Under the pieces are notes generated by a model. That model was not told where the DNA came from. It ran no database searches and saw nothing but the letters and a program-made list of their open reading frames with translations. From an uncultured Thermoleophilia bacterium (GTDB lineage Bacteria > Actinomycetota > Thermoleophilia > UBA2241): 64,000 nt of DNA. Made by a program: the position numbers and the translations under genes. Numbering within the stretch: position 1 is the stretch's first letter; each line of letters starts with the position of its first letter. The DNA is taken from positions 864,001 through 928,000 of the forward strand of contig CAVPCT010000005.1 of NCBI GenBank assembly GCA_963702475.1, given 5' to 3'. Shown here piece after piece: positions 10,742 to 20,557 of this stretch.

Positions 10742-11845
10742 CTACCGTGCCGCCGCCGCGAGCTGAGGCCGCAGGAGCGCCCCGACCTCGCGCGCCATGC
10801 GCGTCTGCCAGCGGGCGCGCGCGTCGGGCATCAGGTGGTAGAGGTCGACGAAGTCCTCGCCGCTGAGGGTCGGCGACCGGTCGACGCGGAGGTACGCGAC
10901 GCCGAGCTCCCGCGACATGCGCGCCACCTCGGCGCGGTACTGCGGCAGCACGCCGGCCCAGTCGCCGGCGACCGCCGTGTTCAAGGGCTGCTCGAAGACC
11001 ACCGGCTCGAACCCGCGCTCGCGCGCCAGGCGCACCAGCTCCCGGAGCAGCGTGAGGTTGTACTCGTGATTGGCGGCGTAGTGCGTGCGGTTGTAGCGGT
11101 ACACCGAGCCGAGACCGTCCTTCAGGGCATGCACCGACACGGCGGCCGCGTCGCGGCCGAAGTAGTGACGTGCCCAGCGCACCGGCTGCCCGGGCGAAGG
11201 TCCCGACGAGATCCGCTCCTGCACGTAGGCCGAGATGAAGTCGCAGGCGCCGGGCAGGCCGCCGGTCCACGACGCGTCGCGGCCGTAGAGCCGCGGCGCC
11301 AGCTCGCGCAGTCGCGGGCTGCGCAGCAGCAGGCCCCGCGAGGCGAGCAGCCCCTCGTCCGCCGCGGGCGCGGTGTTGAAGCGCATCGGGGCGAGGCCGA
11401 TGAGCAGGGTCGCCTCGCCCTCCGGCAGGTTGTCCACGATCACCAGGTTCTGGGCCAGCGACTGGGCGTGGCTGGCAAGGCCCACCACGGTCACCGGCCC
11501 GCCCGCATTGGCCCCGATCTGCCGTGCGAAGGAGCGGTCGCCCGCCACGGCCTCCATGGCCCCGGACCCACCGAACACGTACACGACCCGGCCGTCGGGC
11601 GGGTCCTCCTTGAGGCGGTTCACCCTGTAGGCGACGTGCAGGGAGTCGTCGTGCTCGATGCGCAGCAGGCGACTCTCGGCGACACGCGTCATCCCCCCGC
11701 CGAAGAAGAAGTGCTGCAGGCCGAGCACCACGAGCAGGCACGCCGCGGCTGCCGCGGCCAGCACCAGGGGGTTGCGCTGCAGGAAGCCGCGGCGGAACGA
11801 GCGCCGGCGGGAGAGGCAGGTTGTGTGGTCGTGTTCCGTGGGCAT
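10742..11845 (-). CDS. Membrane-anchored hypothetical protein, possibly SGNH/DUF1574-like
   Basis: N-terminal TM, VYVFGGSG, C-terminal FVDLYHL (DxxH); family call is inference. Confidence 0.55.
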   Translation of the reverse strand: MPTEHDHTTCLSRRRSFRRGFLQRNPLVLAAAAAACLLVVLGLQHFFFGGGMTRVAESRLLRIEHDDSLHVAYRVNRLKEDPPDGRVVYVFGGSGAMEAVAGDRSFARQIGANAGGPVTVVGLASHAQSLAQNLVIVDNLPEGEATLLIGLAPMRFNTAPAADEGLLASRGLLLRSPRLRELAPRLYGRDASWTGGLPGACDFISAYVQERISSGPSPGQPVRWARHYFGRDAAAVSVHALKDGLGSVYRYNRTHYAANHEYNLTLLRELVRLARERGFEPVVFEQPLNTAVAGDWAGVLPQYRAEVARMSRELGVAYLRVDRSPTLSGEDFVDLYHLMPDARARWQTRMAREVGALLRPQLAAAAR

Positions 11846-11986
11846 CTCACCCGGCGGCAGCCGCCGGCTCGGGGGATCGTGTGGCCCCCAGAATAGCAGG
11901 AGGCGCCGGATCGGCACACCGGCCGCCGGCTGACAGCGACGGTGGGCAGCCGCGTGGAGGCGCGGGACCCCGCTGCCGGAACGCGG

Positions 11987-12028
11987 CGGGCGCGGGGCGC
12001 AGGTCTGACGACCTGCGCCCCGCGCCCG
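11987..12028. terminator. Perfect 19-bp hairpin downstream of the receiver gene
   Basis: cgggcgcggggcgcaggtc-tgac-gacctgcgccccgcgcccg; no U-tract. Confidence 0.55.
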
Positions 12029-12044
12029 GGACCGTCTTACACGC

Positions 12045-12440
12045 TCAGAGCGGGCAGAGCGCCCCGACCTTGGCGAGCAGGATGTCGGGCTTGACCGGTT
12101 TGTCCACGAACTCCTGCACCGGCAGCCACGCCTCGTCGATGTCCTTGTTGGTGAACGTGCCCACGTAGATGCCGGCCTCGTTGACGGCCGTGAGCATGAG
12201 CAGCGGCAGGGCCTTGGTGCGCTCGTCGTCCTTGAGGGAGCGCGCCATCTTGAACCCCGCGCCCGTGTCCTCGGGGAGCATCACGTCGAGGATCACCAGG
12301 TCTGCGCCGAACGCGAGGACGTGCTCCACCACGTCCTTGTCGTCGTTCTGGGAGCCGACCTCGTACCCCGCGCTCTCGAGGATCATCTGCACCGATTCCA
12401 CGATACTCGGCTCGTCGTCGATGACGTAGACTCGCTTCAC
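12045..12440 (-). CDS. Single-domain response regulator receiver
   Basis: VIDDE, ILDVMLP (phospho-Asp), MLTA, DKP; GGAGG RBS with GTG start. Confidence 0.9.
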   Translation of the reverse strand: MKRVYVIDDEPSIVESVQMILESAGYEVGSQNDDKDVVEHVLAFGADLVILDVMLPEDTGAGFKMARSLKDDERTKALPLLMLTAVNEAGIYVGTFTNKDIDEAWLPVQEFVDKPVKPDILLAKVGALCPL

Positions 12441-12520
12441 GACACTACCTCCATGTGTGTGTCGGGCCCGGGCTCTCCCGCCCGACAATGATAGCCGTGG
12501 TCATACCGAAAGAAGACGCT

Positions 12521-13597
12521 GTGGAACACGAACGGGACATCATCGCGCTGGTGGGTGCAGGCCCTCGCGGACGCTCGGCCCTCGAGGCGCTTGTGGACAT
12601 GCCGGGCGCAGAGGTGCGCTGCGTGTGGGACCCCGACCCGGCGGCCCCGGGCATGGCCCTGGCCCGCGAGCACGGCATCCGCACCCTGAGCGGCGACCTG
12701 GACGAGCTCGCGGCCGAGCCCGGCCTCGATCTCGTCCTCGAGACCACCGGCGACCCGGAGGTGCTCGCGGCCCTGCAGGCCGGCAGCCCTCCGCACGTCT
12801 CCGTGCTCGGTGATGCCGCGGCGCGGCTCGTCACGCAGCTGTGCGTCACCCAGTGCAGCACCATCGCCCGGCTCTCTGACATCGTCGAGACAGCCAACAT
12901 CGACAAGGCCTGCTACCTGCGGCAGGCCTCCCATCAGATCAAGTCGCCGCTCTCGTCCATCCAGAGCTACGTCAACGTGATCCTCGGCGGCTACACGGGT
13001 GAGATCCCCGACCGCACCCGGCAGGTCGTGGAGAAGATCCACGCCCGCATCGAGGCGGCGCTGGCCGCCCTCGCCAAGCGACGCATGCTGGCCGACCTGC
13101 GCTGCGTCGACCCCTCCGGGCTCGAGGCCGGCACGCTCCACCTGGACGAGCTGGCAGCCGAAGCCGTCGCCCGGCAGGCCGAGCTCGCGGCCGCCCGCGG
13201 CGTGAAGATCCGCCACGCATCCGCGCAGGGCACGGACCTGGTACGCGGCGAACCCACCATGCTCACGGCGCTTCTCACCGAGCTGGTCCAGAACGCCGTG
13301 GTGTACTCCACCGAGGGCGGGACGGTCGAGGTCGCCGTCGCCGCGCAGCCCGACGGCCGGGTGGCCGTGAGCGTGCGCGACCGCGGCATCGGCGTGCCGG
13401 AGCGCTGCCTGCCGAAGATCTTCGACGAGGATTACCGCGCCGACACCGCCGCCAAGCACAACCCCGACGGCGCGGGCCTCGGCCTTACCGTGGCCCGCGT
13501 CATCGCCGACCTCCACGGCTTCGATCTCGCCGCGGAGAGCGAGGAGGGGCAGGGCAGCACGTTCACGCTGACCGCCCCGCAGGCGCCGGCGGCGTGA
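12521..13597 (+). CDS. Cytoplasmic sensor histidine kinase with N-terminal Rossmann-like domain
   Basis: LVGAGPRG...WDPDPAAPG; H-box SHQIKSPL; ELVQNAVVY, DRGIG, GAGLGL. Confidence 0.88.
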   Translation: MEHERDIIALVGAGPRGRSALEALVDMPGAEVRCVWDPDPAAPGMALAREHGIRTLSGDLDELAAEPGLDLVLETTGDPEVLAALQAGSPPHVSVLGDAAARLVTQLCVTQCSTIARLSDIVETANIDKACYLRQASHQIKSPLSSIQSYVNVILGGYTGEIPDRTRQVVEKIHARIEAALAALAKRRMLADLRCVDPSGLEAGTLHLDELAAEAVARQAELAAARGVKIRHASAQGTDLVRGEPTMLTALLTELVQNAVVYSTEGGTVEVAVAAQPDGRVAVSVRDRGIGVPERCLPKIFDEDYRADTAAKHNPDGAGLGLTVARVIADLHGFDLAAESEEGQGSTFTLTAPQAPAA

Positions 13598-13620
13598 CGG
13601 CACAGGTCGGCGAGAAGCCT

Positions 13621-14076
13621 TCACAGCCGCGCCAGGTGCTCGATCGCCGCCGCGGCGTACTGCGGCACGCGCTCGGCCAGACACGCTGACAACGTCATCT
13701 CGCCCTCCAGGTCCTGCGGCTCGATGCCCATGACCGCCACGCGCGGGATCGGGTAGCCCGCTTCGCGGGCGACGTCCAGCACCTTGAGCACATCGCCCTC
13801 GTGCGTGGTCAGGCCGCCCAGCTGCTTCTGGGTCTCCACCTCGTCCGGCGAGAAGATGCGGTACTCGCCCGGGGCCAGGCCCAGGTACGCCGCGTCGACC
13901 ACCAGCAGTGCCTCCGTGTCGTCGTCCAGGTACGCGACCAGACTCATGGCGTCGGTGGAGAGGTCAACGGCCTCGAACCCATCATCGAGGCCGTTGACCA
14001 CCACGTGTTCCACCACACGAGGGCCGACGGCGTCGTCGCCCGCCATGTGGCTGCCTACACCTATCAGATAGCGCAA
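13621..14076 (-). CDS. Hydrogenase maturation protease
   Basis: IGVGSHMAGDDAVG, VVDA, TTHE, GIEP; last gene of the hydrogenase operon. Confidence 0.92.
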   Translation of the reverse strand: MRYLIGVGSHMAGDDAVGPRVVEHVVVNGLDDGFEAVDLSTDAMSLVAYLDDDTEALLVVDAAYLGLAPGEYRIFSPDEVETQKQLGGLTTHEGDVLKVLDVAREAGYPIPRVAVMGIEPQDLEGEMTLSACLAERVPQYAAAAIEHLARL

Positions 14077-14085
14077 CTCGCTCGC

Positions 14086-15402
14086 TCAGCGCGTGAACTT
14101 GACGTCGAGGTAGTGCGTGGAGCAGGAGATGCACGGGTCGTACGACCGCACCAGCATCTCGAGCGCCAGCTCCATCTCCTTCTCGGTCTTGTCCTGGGCG
14201 ACGAGCTCCGGCACGAGCTTGTTGAAGTCGTACTGGATGTTGTTGTGGTTCTGGTTGGTCGGGATGATGCAGTTGCCGCTCAGGCACATACCGTCGTCAC
14301 CGTAGGCGTACTCGTGGAAGAGGATGCCGCGAGGGACCTCGGTGGCGCCGGCGCCGGAGCCGTACCTGGTGGGCTGGACCAACGGCTCGAGCTCCACGCC
14401 GGCCTCGACGAGCTGGTCGATGAGGTCGATAGACTCGTACACGTCGGAGGCGATCTCCACGGCCTGGGCCACGGTGTTGAAGTACGGGTTCGTGCAGATG
14501 GGCTGGATGCCCAGCGTCTGCGCGACCTTCTTGGCCTCCGGGTGGAGCCGGTCGTAGTTGTTGTTGAAGCGCGCCAGGGCGCCGGCCGCGTACGAGTCGA
14601 GCTTGTTCTTGGTGTACTTGGCCGTGGACAGCGGCACCACGAACTCGTTGGTCACCGACTTGTAGTCGGCCACCGGGTAGCGCTGCTTCGTGCCGTCGGG
14701 CAGGCACGACTGGATGTCGCCGTCGTACAGGCCGTAGTCCTTGTCGTTGGACAGGGCAAGGTACTCGGTGGGACGGTCGAACACCGGCACGTTGGGGGCC
14801 AGCGCCAGCACGGTGGCGACGGTGGCCTCCAGGTCGGGCACGGCGGCCACGAGCCGTTCCTTGAGCTGGAGGAGCTCCTTGTTGGTGGGCACGGCGGCCA
14901 TGCCGCCGGGCACCACGCTCATCGGGTGCGTGGTGCGGCCGCCGATGAGCGACCCCCACTCGTGCCCCAGCCTCTTGAGGCGCAGGGCCCGCGCCACGAT
15001 GTCGGTGTGCGTCGCCACGAGCGGGAACACCGACGGCGCGCCGACGAAGTCGGGCGCGGCCAGGAAGTTGATGTGCAGCACGTGCGAGTCGAAGTTCTCG
15101 GCGTGCTTGATCAGCTCGCGGAGCTTCCAGCTCTGCTCGCTGACCTCCATGCCCAGGGCGTTCTCCGTGGCCTTGACGGAGGCCAGGGTGTGGCCCACCG
15201 AGCAGATGCCGCAGATACGGCTGGTGATGCGCGCCACCTCGGAGTAGTGACGTCCGCGGACCATGGACTCGAAGAAGCGCGGGGCCTCCGGCACCTGCCA
15301 CTCGCACTTCTCGACCACGCCGTCGGTGACATTGACGACGATGTTGCCGTGACCCTCGACGCGGGTCACGTGGTCGACGCGGATACGGGCGGTGGTGGTC
15401 AT
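14086..15402 (-). CDS. hydA: [NiFe]-hydrogenase group 3b large (alpha) subunit
   Basis: TRVEGHG, L1 RICGICSVGH, EVPRGILFH, L2 YDPCISCSTH with short cleavable tail. Confidence 0.95.
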   Translation of the reverse strand: MTTTARIRVDHVTRVEGHGNIVVNVTDGVVEKCEWQVPEAPRFFESMVRGRHYSEVARITSRICGICSVGHTLASVKATENALGMEVSEQSWKLRELIKHAENFDSHVLHINFLAAPDFVGAPSVFPLVATHTDIVARALRLKRLGHEWGSLIGGRTTHPMSVVPGGMAAVPTNKELLQLKERLVAAVPDLEATVATVLALAPNVPVFDRPTEYLALSNDKDYGLYDGDIQSCLPDGTKQRYPVADYKSVTNEFVVPLSTAKYTKNKLDSYAAGALARFNNNYDRLHPEAKKVAQTLGIQPICTNPYFNTVAQAVEIASDVYESIDLIDQLVEAGVELEPLVQPTRYGSGAGATEVPRGILFHEYAYGDDGMCLSGNCIIPTNQNHNNIQYDFNKLVPELVAQDKTEKEMELALEMLVRSYDPCISCSTHYLDVKFTR

Positions 15403-16151
15403 GAGACGGCCTCCAGATCAATGGCGGTGAACATGAGCGCCTTGTCCGCAGCCCTCTGCTCGGAGAACCCCGCCCGCTCCATGAGCACCTTCTGCAGCGC
15501 GGGCACGTTGGGCTTGTCGACGAAGCCGCGGCAGGCCTCGCAGGGGACGCCGTAGGCGGGGCACGGAGCCGTGCACCCGGCGCGGGCCACCATGCCCATG
15601 CAGTGGTCGTCCTCTTCGTAGCGGCACACCGTCTCGCGGCGCTTGCACTCCACGCAGACCGGATAGTTGGGGATCACCGGCTGCTTGCCGTGCAGCAGAT
15701 GGAAGACGATCTGCAGCACTTCGTACTTGTTGACGGGGCAGCCGTAGGCGCAGTAGTCGACCTTGATGGCGGCCGAGATGGGCTGCGCCTTCTGCGAGTC
15801 GAGCTGCGGCTGGTCGGCGTCGGCGCCGTACACGAACTGCTTGTAGTCGCTCTGGTGGTTCTTGAGGGCGTTGATGCCGGCGCCGGCCGCACACTGGCCG
15901 TAGGCGATGACGATAGCGGCGCGCTCGCGGATCTTCTCGAGCCGCGCGCGGTCGGCCTCACGCGTGAAGCTGCCCTCGATGAAGGCCACGTCGATGGGGT
16001 CGGTGGTCTTCTCCGACATCGCCTCGCGGAACTCGACGACGTCGACGTGCTTGATCAGCTCGAGGAACGCCGGCTCACCGTAGTTGGTGAACTCGATCTG
16101 GCAGCCCTCGCAGCAGGTGAAATCGAAGAATGCGACCTTCGGCTTGCTCAT
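15399..16151 (-). CDS. hydD: [NiFe]-hydrogenase group 3b small (delta) subunit
   Basis: FTCCEGCQ, IEGS, GQCA, GCP, VCVECK...CMG...GCTAPCP...CEACRG. Confidence 0.92.
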   Translation of the reverse strand: MSKPKVAFFDFTCCEGCQIEFTNYGEPAFLELIKHVDVVEFREAMSEKTTDPIDVAFIEGSFTREADRARLEKIRERAAIVIAYGQCAAGAGINALKNHQSDYKQFVYGADADQPQLDSQKAQPISAAIKVDYCAYGCPVNKYEVLQIVFHLLHGKQPVIPNYPVCVECKRRETVCRYEEDDHCMGMVARAGCTAPCPAYGVPCEACRGFVDKPNVPALQKVLMERAGFSEQRAADKALMFTAIDLEAVS

Positions 16152-16994
16152 CAGAACGCCTCCTCGAGACCCTGGACGTCGGCGAACGAGAACACCGGGC
16201 CGTCGACACACACGTACTTGTCGTTGATCTGGCAGTGGCCGCACTTGCCGACGCCGCACTTCATGCGACGCTCGAGGTCGACGAACACGTTGTCGCGCGG
16301 GATGCCGATCATGTCGAGCTCGCGGATGACGAACCGGTAGAAGATCGGCGGGCCGCAGATGACGGCGCGCGTCTCGGGCGAGAGCTGGACCTGGGGGAAC
16401 AGCGTGGTGATGACGCCCACGTTGCCCGACCAGGTGTCGTCGCCGTGGTCCACGGTCTCGAAGAACTCGACGCCGTTGAACTCGCGCCACTCGGCGAGGT
16501 CATCGGTGAAGAGCTGCAGCTTGGGCTCGCGCGCGCCGTAGAAGAGGATGAAGCGCTTGAACTCGTCGCGGCGGTCCAGGATGTACTCGATGAGGCTGCG
16601 GGTCGGGCAGAGGCCGATGCCGCCGGCCACGATGAGCACGTCGTGTCCGCGCAGCTTCGCCAGGTCGAACCCGTTTCCGAGCGGCCCGCGGATGTACACG
16701 GAGTCGCCCTCTTTGAGACTGGTGACCGCGTTGGACACGCGGCCGACGGCGCGGACCACGAGATCGAATGTGTTCTTGCGCGTCGGCGAGCTGGCGTAAC
16801 CCAGTGGGATCTCGCCGTAGCCGAAGAGCGACAGCTCCACGATCTGGCCGGGCTCGTATTCCATGGGCTGGCCGTCGGCCATCTTCAAGCGTGAAGTGCG
16901 TCTCCGTGGGAGTGGCCTGCGCGCAGCGCAGGACGGTGGCCTCACGGGGGAGAAAGATGTTCTCTACTTCGGTCCAGTGGCACTGGTGATCCAT
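16151..16994 (-). CDS. hydG: Sulfhydrogenase gamma subunit (FAD/NAD(P)-binding, 2Fe-2S), one frameshift near 16890
   Basis: PGQ..., RGPLGNGF, AGGIGLCP, CGPP, ERRMKCGVGKCGHC; N-terminus MDHQCHW...ETHFTL lies in another frame. Confidence 0.9.
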
Positions 16995-17005
16995 CTCTAA
17001 GCTCC

Positions 17006-18034
17006 TCACGAGGCCATGATCTTGTCGATGACGCGGACGGGATCGGCGATGTCCGCGGTGCACCCGGCAGAGCAGCGGCCGCACCCCACGCACGCCGGGC
17101 CGCCCAGCTTCACGTTCAGGTACGTGGCCTTGCGCATCATGCGGTGCCGGAAGCGCGAAGCCCGCTCCTCGCGGAAGTTCTCGCAGGCGCCTTCGCCCAG
17201 CGAGCACTTGGCGAAATCCTCGGTGAGGCAGCCGTCCCAGAAACGCGTGCGCTGCCCCGACGTCTGGTCCACATTCCACGTGTCCTGGACGTCGAAGCAG
17301 TAGCAGGTGGGGCACACGGTGTTGCAGGTGCCGCACGAGAAGCAGTCGTGCGCCAGTTCCGTCCACAGCTCCTCGTTCTTGAACGAGGCGCGCACCTTCT
17401 CGGAGATGTCGCGGGTGCCGTGCTCGAGCTTCTCGGGGCACTTCTCGAGCGCGGCGTAGTTGACCGCGGCGGCCTCGGCGACCTGAGATTGCGTGGCCGG
17501 CTCGAAGAGGCCGTACTGCAGGAGGGCCCCGCCACGCTCGGTCCGCGTCTCGAACACGTAGCCGCCGGTGATGGCCGTGAGGAAGGCGTCGTGTCCGCGC
17601 GGCTGCACGTGATGGCCCACCGTGGCGAAGAAGGCGCGGCTGGAGACGTTCTGGATGTTCGAGGCGACGATCGTCGTGGTCTCGCGATGCGCCATGTAGT
17701 TGACATCGTAGTTGCGCTCGGAGAAGAGCTGGTCGGTCTGGTCGATCGCCTTGACGTCGTAGAAGTGGACGCCGAAGAGGATCTTCTCCGCGGGCTCGAG
17801 AGGCGCGTGGAACCCGCTCTCGCTGAAGTGGAGCAGGTCTTGCGCGGGCGGGAAGAAGAGCTTCTTGGGCGGGAGGATGGTGACGTCGTAGTCGAGCCGC
17901 AGCTCGGCGGGCGACTCCAGGCGCTCGAACGCGAAGCGCGAACGCTTGGCCACCGGCCCGTACACCGGACCCGCTTCGATCATGGCGGTCACGAACGCCG
18001 CAAAGTCGTCACTCCTTATGAATGAGACAGTCAT
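17006..18034 (-). CDS. hydB: Sulfhydrogenase beta subunit (AsrA-like 4Fe-4S dicluster)
   Basis: LPPKKLFFP, CFSCGTCNTVCPTCYC, CVGCGRCSAGC. Confidence 0.92.
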   Translation of the reverse strand: MTVSFIRSDDFAAFVTAMIEAGPVYGPVAKRSRFAFERLESPAELRLDYDVTILPPKKLFFPPAQDLLHFSESGFHAPLEPAEKILFGVHFYDVKAIDQTDQLFSERNYDVNYMAHRETTTIVASNIQNVSSRAFFATVGHHVQPRGHDAFLTAITGGYVFETRTERGGALLQYGLFEPATQSQVAEAAAVNYAALEKCPEKLEHGTRDISEKVRASFKNEELWTELAHDCFSCGTCNTVCPTCYCFDVQDTWNVDQTSGQRTRFWDGCLTEDFAKCSLGEGACENFREERASRFRHRMMRKATYLNVKLGGPACVGCGRCSAGCTADIADPVRVIDKIMAS

Positions 18035-18284
18035 CGGACCTCGCTCGATTGGACACGGACTCCGCTCGCGCGTGGCAAGCGGCCAGACTCGGCAGACCTC
18101 CCTCGGCGGGGAGGCGCCGCAACCTCACGGTGACACATCACGGTCTTTCGGGGACAGCGCAAGCGCCGGCTCATGATGGCCGGCGCACGATGGCTCCGCA
18201 GCGTCACGCGCTTGGGGCATCGACCAGTACCAGGCTCCTCCTTTCTGGCAGGTACACGCGAGAAGTACCGGGAAGAGTACCTGA

Positions 18285-18302
18285 TTGCGAAATGCGTCAC
18301 AA
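18285..18302. promoter_or_regulatory. Rex-like operator upstream of the hydrogenase operon
   Basis: TTGCGAA-ATGC-GTCACAA versus Rex consensus TTGTGAA-N4-TTCACAA (2 mismatches). Confidence 0.6.
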
Positions 18303-18507
18303 TGCCTTTCGAGGTGTTTCGCAGAAGTTCGATGAGCTGTCAAGGGTGGCCCGCAGTTGAGCCCGGCGAGACGGTGGCCGGAGGAGGCGACCGGCCCGAC
18401 GCGAGCCTGAACGGGGCGGGGGCCGGCGTCGTACGGCGCCGGCCCCCGGTGTCTCGGCCCTCACTCCCGCCGGGACGGCAGCGTCCCGCGCGGGAAGCCG
18501 CGAGCCG

Positions 18508-18981
18508 TCAAGCGGCCCGGCGTTCTGACGACGACCGGCCCGGCATCGTGCCCGCGGACCCGCCGATCTCACGTGGCGCCTCGGCCACCGCGGCCGCCTG
18601 CGCCCAGTCGCCGCGAGCGATCAGCCCGTAGACGACCAGGCCGTAGACGCCCATCAGGACGAGGGACCAGAGCGGGTACGCCTGCGCGGAGAGCATCTGC
18701 GCGAGAAACGCCAGGCCGGCGACCACGACGCCCGTCCAGCGCGCCCACTCGCGGCGGGTCGAGACGATCGCCAGACCAGAGAGCACGGCGACGATGCCGA
18801 GCCCGAAGGTGATCCAGCCCCAGGTCTCGAGCCCGCTGAACGGGAAGACCGCCGTCGAGGAGAAGAACGAGGACCTGTACACGGCCATGAGGCCGTCGAT
18901 GATGCCGGCGATGCCGGCGATGATGAGGACCGCGGCCGAGAACGCCGGCCATCCGGCGGTCCTTGATGGACTCTGTTCCAT
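18508..18981 (-). CDS. 4-TM membrane protein (actinobacterial DUF7144-like)
   Basis: GWPAFSAAVLIIAG, WGWITFGLG, WARWTGV, AYPLWS. Confidence 0.75.
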   Translation of the reverse strand: MEQSPSRTAGWPAFSAAVLIIAGIAGIIDGLMAVYRSSFFSSTAVFPFSGLETWGWITFGLGIVAVLSGLAIVSTRREWARWTGVVVAGLAFLAQMLSAQAYPLWSLVLMGVYGLVVYGLIARGDWAQAAAVAEAPREIGGSAGTMPGRSSSERRAA

Positions 18982-19173
18982 CTCAACACCTCACTGGTGT
19001 CGTAGCTCTATGACGTCCCCTCCAGACGAGTGGTGCCCCGAACGGTCGCGCGCCCAACCGCCAGGGCGTCGGGCGCAGACGCGGGCGGGGTGCGCGGGCG
19101 CGTGCGCCGTACGGGCGGTGGGGCCGGGTACGCTGCTCCCGGCCCCACCGCTCGCCTCGCGCGGGCGTAACCC

Positions 19174-20433
19174 TCAGCAGGCGCGACCCGGACCCGCCGG
19201 CGCGCCGGCGGGTTCAACGAGCGCCGTCGCGGCCACAGCGCGGCCGGCGCCGGCCGGCGCTGCTTGGGGCGCGGCGACGCGCCCGGGCGCCGGCAGCGGC
19301 TTCATACCGCACAGCCAGCGGACCACGTTCACTCGGCGGATGGCGAGCTCGTACACCAGCACGGAGACGACGACCGAGGTCGCCAGGATGACCCCGAACT
19401 TGAGCGGCACACCCACGCCCCACTGCACGACCACGAAGGCCACGGCGACGATCACTGTCTGGTGCAGCAGGTAGACCGGGTACGAGGCCTCGGCGGCGTA
19501 GGACGTGAAGCGGTTGGAGGCGCGCAGAAAGCGCCGGCCGTAGGCGAGCAGCGCCACCAGGATGCACCAGGGGAGCACGGCGCCGAGGTAGTACTCGAGC
19601 GGCGCGGCGGTCCAGGCGGGCATGGCGGGCCAGCCGTAGACGTTGAAGGTCGCCACGGCGACGAGGGCGAGCGGCCCGAGGACGAGCGCCGGCAGGCGGT
19701 GCCTGTCGATGGCCTGCTGGAAGCGGGCGTCGGCCATCACCAGGTAGCCCAGGAGGAACACGGCCAGGTAGAAGACGGGGTTGCCTCCGGCGATCTCCGG
19801 CGCGAACCTGGCCGGCACCAGCGCGAGGGCGAACAGCAGGATGACGCCGGGCACGGAGGCGGCACGGGCGAGCACGTCCACGACGCGCCGCCCGGCGTCC
19901 CGGCGCAGGAAGAGGAGCACCGGCAGCGCGATGAGGGCGTAGAGCAGCAGGTGCACGATGAACCACAGGTGGCCCCACGTGTGGCCGCCGAGGAAGTAGC
20001 CGTCCAGGTCGGCGGGGTTCAGCTGGAAGAACTGCGGCAGCCAGGACAAGTACCCCGGCGCACTGCCGGAGTGGCTCAGCAGCCCAAGGTAGGACTGCGG
20101 CGGGATCAGCACAACCAGGCCGAAGAGGAACGGCACGAGCAGGCGCTTGACGCGCTCGCCGGCGAAGGTGCGTCCGCTGCGGCGTCCCAGTGCGAACCAG
20201 CTTGCGGCGCCGGCGAGCAGGAAGAGCAGCGGCATGTGCCACGGCTCCATGAACGCGATGAACCAGGTGAGGCCTGCGCTGAGCTGATCGTTCTTGACGT
20301 AGAAGTCGCTCCAGACGTCAAAGACCCGCGCCGTGTGGAACGGAAAGAGCAGCAGCACGGCGATGATGCGGAGCCAGGCGATATCCATGCGGCGCTCGCC
20401 TGACGCGGTCCTGAGTTCGATGGGCTTGGACAT
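19174..20433 (-). CDS. Acyltransferase family 3 membrane protein (OpgC/MdoC-like)
   Basis: RRMDIAWLR, FH, WHMPLLFLLAG, ERVKRLLVP, HLWFI, SYPVYLLHQ. Confidence 0.9.
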   Translation of the reverse strand: MSKPIELRTASGERRMDIAWLRIIAVLLLFPFHTARVFDVWSDFYVKNDQLSAGLTWFIAFMEPWHMPLLFLLAGAASWFALGRRSGRTFAGERVKRLLVPFLFGLVVLIPPQSYLGLLSHSGSAPGYLSWLPQFFQLNPADLDGYFLGGHTWGHLWFIVHLLLYALIALPVLLFLRRDAGRRVVDVLARAASVPGVILLFALALVPARFAPEIAGGNPVFYLAVFLLGYLVMADARFQQAIDRHRLPALVLGPLALVAVATFNVYGWPAMPAWTAAPLEYYLGAVLPWCILVALLAYGRRFLRASNRFTSYAAEASYPVYLLHQTVIVAVAFVVVQWGVGVPLKFGVILATSVVVSVLVYELAIRRVNVVRWLCGMKPLPAPGRVAAPQAAPAGAGRAVAATALVEPAGAPAGPGRAC

Positions 20434-20557
20434 GAAGCACCTCCGGACGGGGGACTGACCTGCTGGCTTGCAGTCCCATCCTGGCGGTGCGCCGACGACG
20501 CCACATCGGGCGCGAGAACCATCTTCGCCGTGGTCTGGAGGATGATCTTGTGCGGGA

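Noticed and set aside
14086-16151. [NiFeSe] hydrogenase
   Set aside because: All ligand positions are Cys; no in-frame TGA
19017-19037. Fifth TCACCC-N5-GGGTGA box (CCCCTC-cagac-GAGTGG-TGCC)
   Set aside because: Five mismatches and no -10 element at the 22-nt spacing (that position is the RBS)
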